Shown piece after piece: positions 60,606-64,000 of a DNA stretch of 64,000 nt. The stretch comes from an uncultured Chlamydiae bacterium (GTDB lineage Bacteria > Chlamydiota > Chlamydiia > Chlamydiales > SM23-39). Positions within the stretch are counted from its first letter, which is position 1. Every line of letters starts with the position of its first letter. The notes under the pieces were generated by a model. That model saw nothing but the letters and a program-made list of their open reading frames with translations, was not told the origin of the DNA and did not search any database. The translations under genes were made by a program, and so were the position numbers. The stretch lies in the NCBI GenBank assembly GCA_963828125.1, contig CAWHDP010000001.1, positions 96,001 to 160,000 of the forward strand, written 5' to 3'.

Positions 60606-61595
60606 TTAACTGAACCCTTTTTCAATCTTCCAACATCTGTGAATTTTGGGATCGAGAAAGTCGATCGGCAGCGTCTTTTTTGATATCTCGACGCAAGATG
60701 GAAAGAGGCGGTCGTTGAAGAGAAATTTGCGGGAATTTGTGCTGAAAAAAAGGATCCCTTTGGGGTTGAGGAGGGTCATCGCTTTCGAAAGAAGGTCGGG
60801 ATAATCGATTTGGATGTCGAACATCTGATCCATTTTTTTCGAACGGGAAATCGTCGGCGGGTCGATTACGATCACGTCGTATTTTTCTCCCTCTTCATCG
60901 AGAAATTTGAGGCAGTCGGCCCGGATGATCGGATGATTTTTGAGAGAAAGCGCATTGATCAGGAAATTTTCCCGCCCCCAATCGGTATAGGTGTTCGACA
61001 TGTCAACGCTTTTCGTGTAGAGCGCGCCTTGAAGCGCCGCATGCACGCTGAAAGAACATGTATAGGCAAACAAATTTAAGACCTTTTTCCCTTTCGCATG
61101 CGACGCGACGAGCTGCCGTGTCTCTCTATGGTCGAGAAAAAGTCCCGTATCTAAATAATCGGTCAGATTGATGAGAAATTGGACTCCATATTCCAAAACA
61201 GGGAAAAATTCTTTCGATTCTCCTGCTTTCTCATATTGCTGATCTTTCCTTCTCTTCACCCGGCTGCGCCAATAAATGTCCTCTTCGCGCGCGTCAAAGA
61301 GCTTGCTCAGCGCCTCGCCCGTCTCGTTCACTAGCGCTTCAGGAGGCTCAGGATCTTCCCGATTGGGTGAAAAATATTGCAGACAGTACCTGCCTGCGTA
61401 AAAATCGATCGCAAGCGGATAGTGGTGGATCGCCCGATCGTAAATCCGAAAGCAGTTTGTTCGTGTCCTCTTAGCCCACTTGCGCACATGGCGGTAGGTC
61501 TTCCGGATGCAGTTGACAAATGGCGATCTCTTGTCTTCGCCGTCTCCGATTGAAGGGAGAATGATCTCCTCTAATGCTGCCAAGAACCTTCCCAT
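60606..61595 (-). CDS. RlmK/RlmI-type 23S rRNA methyltransferase
   Basis: YLDTGLFLDHR, LNLFAYT, VDMSNTY and DPPT motifs. Confidence 0.92.
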   Translation of the reverse strand: MGRFLAALEEIILPSIGDGEDKRSPFVNCIRKTYRHVRKWAKRTRTNCFRIYDRAIHHYPLAIDFYAGRYCLQYFSPNREDPEPPEALVNETGEALSKLFDAREEDIYWRSRVKRRKDQQYEKAGESKEFFPVLEYGVQFLINLTDYLDTGLFLDHRETRQLVASHAKGKKVLNLFAYTCSFSVHAALQGALYTKSVDMSNTYTDWGRENFLINALSLKNHPIIRADCLKFLDEEGEKYDVIVIDPPTISRSKKMDQMFDIQIDYPDLLSKAMTLLNPKGILFFSTNSRKFLFNDRLFPSCVEISKKTLPIDFLDPKIHRCWKIEKGFS

Positions 61596-61634
61596 CGCTT
61601 CATACAGGGTTGAGCCGCCAGATTCATCAAATCC

Positions 61635-62105
61635 TTACGGCTCCTCGCTGCGGGAATAAATCTCGCCGGACTCGAAAAAAAAAGCAATTTCTTTCCGCGC
61701 ATTCTCTAAAGAGTCGGATCCGTGTACCGCATTGCGCTGCACGTCGGTCCCAAAGTCGGCCCGGATGGTTCCAGGCTCGGCTTTAGCAGGATCGGTAGCT
61801 CCCATGACTCTCCGATTGCGGGCCACCGCATCGTCCCCCTCTAGCACCTGTACGAGAATCGGTCCTGATGTCATAAACTGAACTAAATCATTGTAAAACG
61901 GGCGATCCTTGTGGACGGCGTAAAACTCTCGAGCCTCCTCAGGGGTGAGCTGAACCATTTTGGCCGCCACAACATGCAGTTCAGAGGATTCAAGATAGGC
62001 GTCGATCTCCCCTAGCTGATCTTTCTCGACTGCATCGGGCTTGATGATCGAGAGCGTCTGCTCAGCAAAGAGCGACGCTGCCGCAAAACAGAGGAGCTTA
62101 AACAT
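61635..62105 (-). CDS. ndk: Nucleoside diphosphate kinase, signal-peptide-bearing second copy
   Basis: [14 protein letters not shown] followed by [12 protein letters not shown]...NAVHGSDS. Confidence 0.93.
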   Translation of the reverse strand: MFKLLCFAAASLFAEQTLSIIKPDAVEKDQLGEIDAYLESSELHVVAAKMVQLTPEEAREFYAVHKDRPFYNDLVQFMTSGPILVQVLEGDDAVARNRRVMGATDPAKAEPGTIRADFGTDVQRNAVHGSDSLENARKEIAFFFESGEIYSRSEEP

Positions 62106-62108
62106 GTC

Positions 62109-62555
62109 CTACGACCTCGCAAAAATTTCGCTCGGCTTAAAGAAAAATGCAATCTCTGCTTTCGCATTCGCTAGACTGTCCGATCCGTGCACCGCATTCC
62201 GCTCGATCGACGTCGCAAAGTCGGCGCGGATCGTCCCAGGCGCGGCTTTGGCTGGATCGGTCGCCCCCATAATTTGACGATTCCGGGCTACCGCGTTCTC
62301 CCCTTCAAGAACCATCACAAGGACGGGTCCTGACGTCATAAATTCAACCAGCTCCTGAAAAAAAGGGCGGTCTTTATGCACGGCATAGAATGATTTCGCT
62401 TGCTCGACCGATAAGTGAAGCATCTTCGCTGCTGTCACATTCAGCCCTTCTCGCTCAAAATATTCAATAATATTTCCAATCATGTTCTGCCCAACGGCAT
62501 CAGGCTTAATGATCGATAATGTCTGTTCTAAAGTTTGTGTGGTAGTTTGGGCCAT
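62109..62555 (-). CDS. ndk: Nucleoside diphosphate kinase
   Basis: [19 protein letters not shown] and NAVHGSDS motifs; GGAG RBS before the ATG at 62555. Confidence 0.97.
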   Translation of the reverse strand: MAQTTTQTLEQTLSIIKPDAVGQNMIGNIIEYFEREGLNVTAAKMLHLSVEQAKSFYAVHKDRPFFQELVEFMTSGPVLVMVLEGENAVARNRQIMGATDPAKAAPGTIRADFATSIERNAVHGSDSLANAKAEIAFFFKPSEIFARS

Positions 62556-62674
62556 TACATTCTCCATAGGGTATTTTGTAGTGACATTGTAAACCAAGGG
62601 GGTAATAAATCTCACGAAGTTCTGTTGAAAAATGGCGAAAAATTTTAAAATCACCAGTTTCCAGGGGGGAAAAG

Positions 62675-63727
62675 ATGGCTTATGGCGACTATCCTGATCT
62701 GACCGGAGTAAAAAAAATTCTTGTCGTTAAACTCAGACAGTTGGGGGACGTCCTTCTGACAGGGGCGGTTTTTAAGGCTCTAAAGGGGCGCTTGCCTGAG
62801 GCGAGAATCGATGCGTATGTCTATACAGAGGCGTTCCCAATGCTGGAGGGGCATCCCGGGGTCGATGGATTGGTGGGCTATGGCCGAGGCTGGAAAAAGC
62901 TGGGGCTTCTGGGTCGGCTAAAAAAAGAGGGGGAGCTTTGGCTCGCGATCCGGAGGGCTGGCTACGATATGGTACTCAATCTGACTGAAGGGGATAGGGG
63001 AGCTCTCGCAGCTCGAGTCTCGGGGGCGAGGATCAGGGTCGGGTTCGAGCCCAAGGGGAGGTGGCAAAAGGGAATTTATACCCACGTTGTCAAGCATTGC
63101 CCAGGCCTCCGGCATACGGTCGAGAGAAATTTAGACGCTCTGCGGCGGATCGGAATCTTTCCTGCCATCGAAGAGAGGGAATTGTTCTTAGGAGTGCCTG
63201 AGGAGGCGAGGAGAAGGGTCGGGGAGCTGGTTGCCGGGCCTTTCGTGATGATCCACCCAACTTCCAGGTGGCGCTTTAAATGCTGGCCGGCGGATCGGAT
63301 GAGAAGATTGGCGGAAGAGTTGCTCCGGCGGGGAAAAAAGATCGTTTTTACGTCGGGGCCTGATGAGGTGGAACGGGCTATGGTCGAGGAAATTGCGACG
63401 GGATTGAATGTGGTGAATTTGAGCGGAAAGCTCTCGCTAAAGGAGCTCGCCGCCCTGATCGAGAAGAGCGAGCTCTTGGTGTGTGTGGATAGCGTTCCGT
63501 TTCATATGGCCAGTGCGTTGAAAAAACCGGTCGTCGCTCTCTTTGGGCCTACGTCGGACGTCACTTGGGGGCCGTGGCGCAATCCTAAGGCAAGAATCGT
63601 CGCACAAGCCTTCAGCTGTAGGCCTTGTTATCAGGATGGCTGCGGGGGGAGCAAAAGGAGCGATTGCCTGGCGACGCTGCCGGTCGGGAGGGTTCTAGAG
63701 GCGATTGATAGTTTGTTGGTTTTTTAA
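62675..63727 (+). CDS. GT9 LPS heptosyltransferase (RfaQ/WaaQ-like)
   Basis: LGDVLL, HP.SRW.FKCW and DS.P.H.A.A...P.VALFGP motifs. Confidence 0.9.
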   Translation: MAYGDYPDLTGVKKILVVKLRQLGDVLLTGAVFKALKGRLPEARIDAYVYTEAFPMLEGHPGVDGLVGYGRGWKKLGLLGRLKKEGELWLAIRRAGYDMVLNLTEGDRGALAARVSGARIRVGFEPKGRWQKGIYTHVVKHCPGLRHTVERNLDALRRIGIFPAIEERELFLGVPEEARRRVGELVAGPFVMIHPTSRWRFKCWPADRMRRLAEELLRRGKKIVFTSGPDEVERAMVEEIATGLNVVNLSGKLSLKELAALIEKSELLVCVDSVPFHMASALKKPVVALFGPTSDVTWGPWRNPKARIVAQAFSCRPCYQDGCGGSKRSDCLATLPVGRVLEAIDSLLVF

Positions 63728-63815
63728 GTTTTTAATCCTAAAACACTTATGTTTTATTGTGTTTAATTATATTTAATATTTGTTATAATCAAATGTATTA
63801 AAAAATTTGGTGTTT

Positions 63816-64000
63816 ATGAATGAAGTGTCAAGGCAAAATCAAAGCCAGTCAATTCCAAAAGCGATTTCTGATGGAACCGATAGATATTATAATATAGCTT
63901 TTGTCGATCATGAGAAATATTTTAAATGGCAGTACCCGGAAACAATTACCTTCCCGTGGGCCAAAGAAGGGGGGATTTTTTGGCCTTCACACGACTCGCT
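63816..64000 (+). CDS. Start of a hypothetical protein running off the window
   Basis: ATG after an AT-rich promoter-like region; the frame stays open to the end of the window. Confidence 0.45.
   Translation, partial: MNEVSRQNQSQSIPKAISDGTDRYYNIAFVDHEKYFKWQYPETITFPWAKEGGIFWPSHDS

Overview
The window looks like an environmental Chlamydiota genome (inferred from the tandem ndk with a signal-peptide copy, signal-peptide Rhs genes and a DUF687-like hydrolase). Higher-GC housekeeping and metabolic flanks (about 1-11.3 kb and 60.6-64 kb) enclose a visibly AT-richer ~49-kb plasticity zone, a polymorphic-toxin island. The main structure is two independent divergent (head-to-head) inverted pairs of Rhs toxin genes, at 14.5-19.6 kb and 33.5-46.5 kb. 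In each pair one arm is an open ORF with a signal peptide. The other arm is broken near its 5' end but keeps a different toxin tip and its own immunity gene, so an inversion between the arms would switch the expressed tip. The zone also holds orphan toxin/immunity cassettes, two HicAB loci, a decayed AbiE-like locus and two AAA-wHTH-PD-(D/E)xK genes with their own palindromes. Mobile DNA includes a two-tier family of nested palindromic MITEs and many IS elements. An IS66-like element carrying a eukaryote-like CXC/CRC cysteine-rich passenger gene sits inside an ISL3. No rRNA, tRNA or CRISPR array was seen. All family assignments come from motif recognition by eye, not from database searches.
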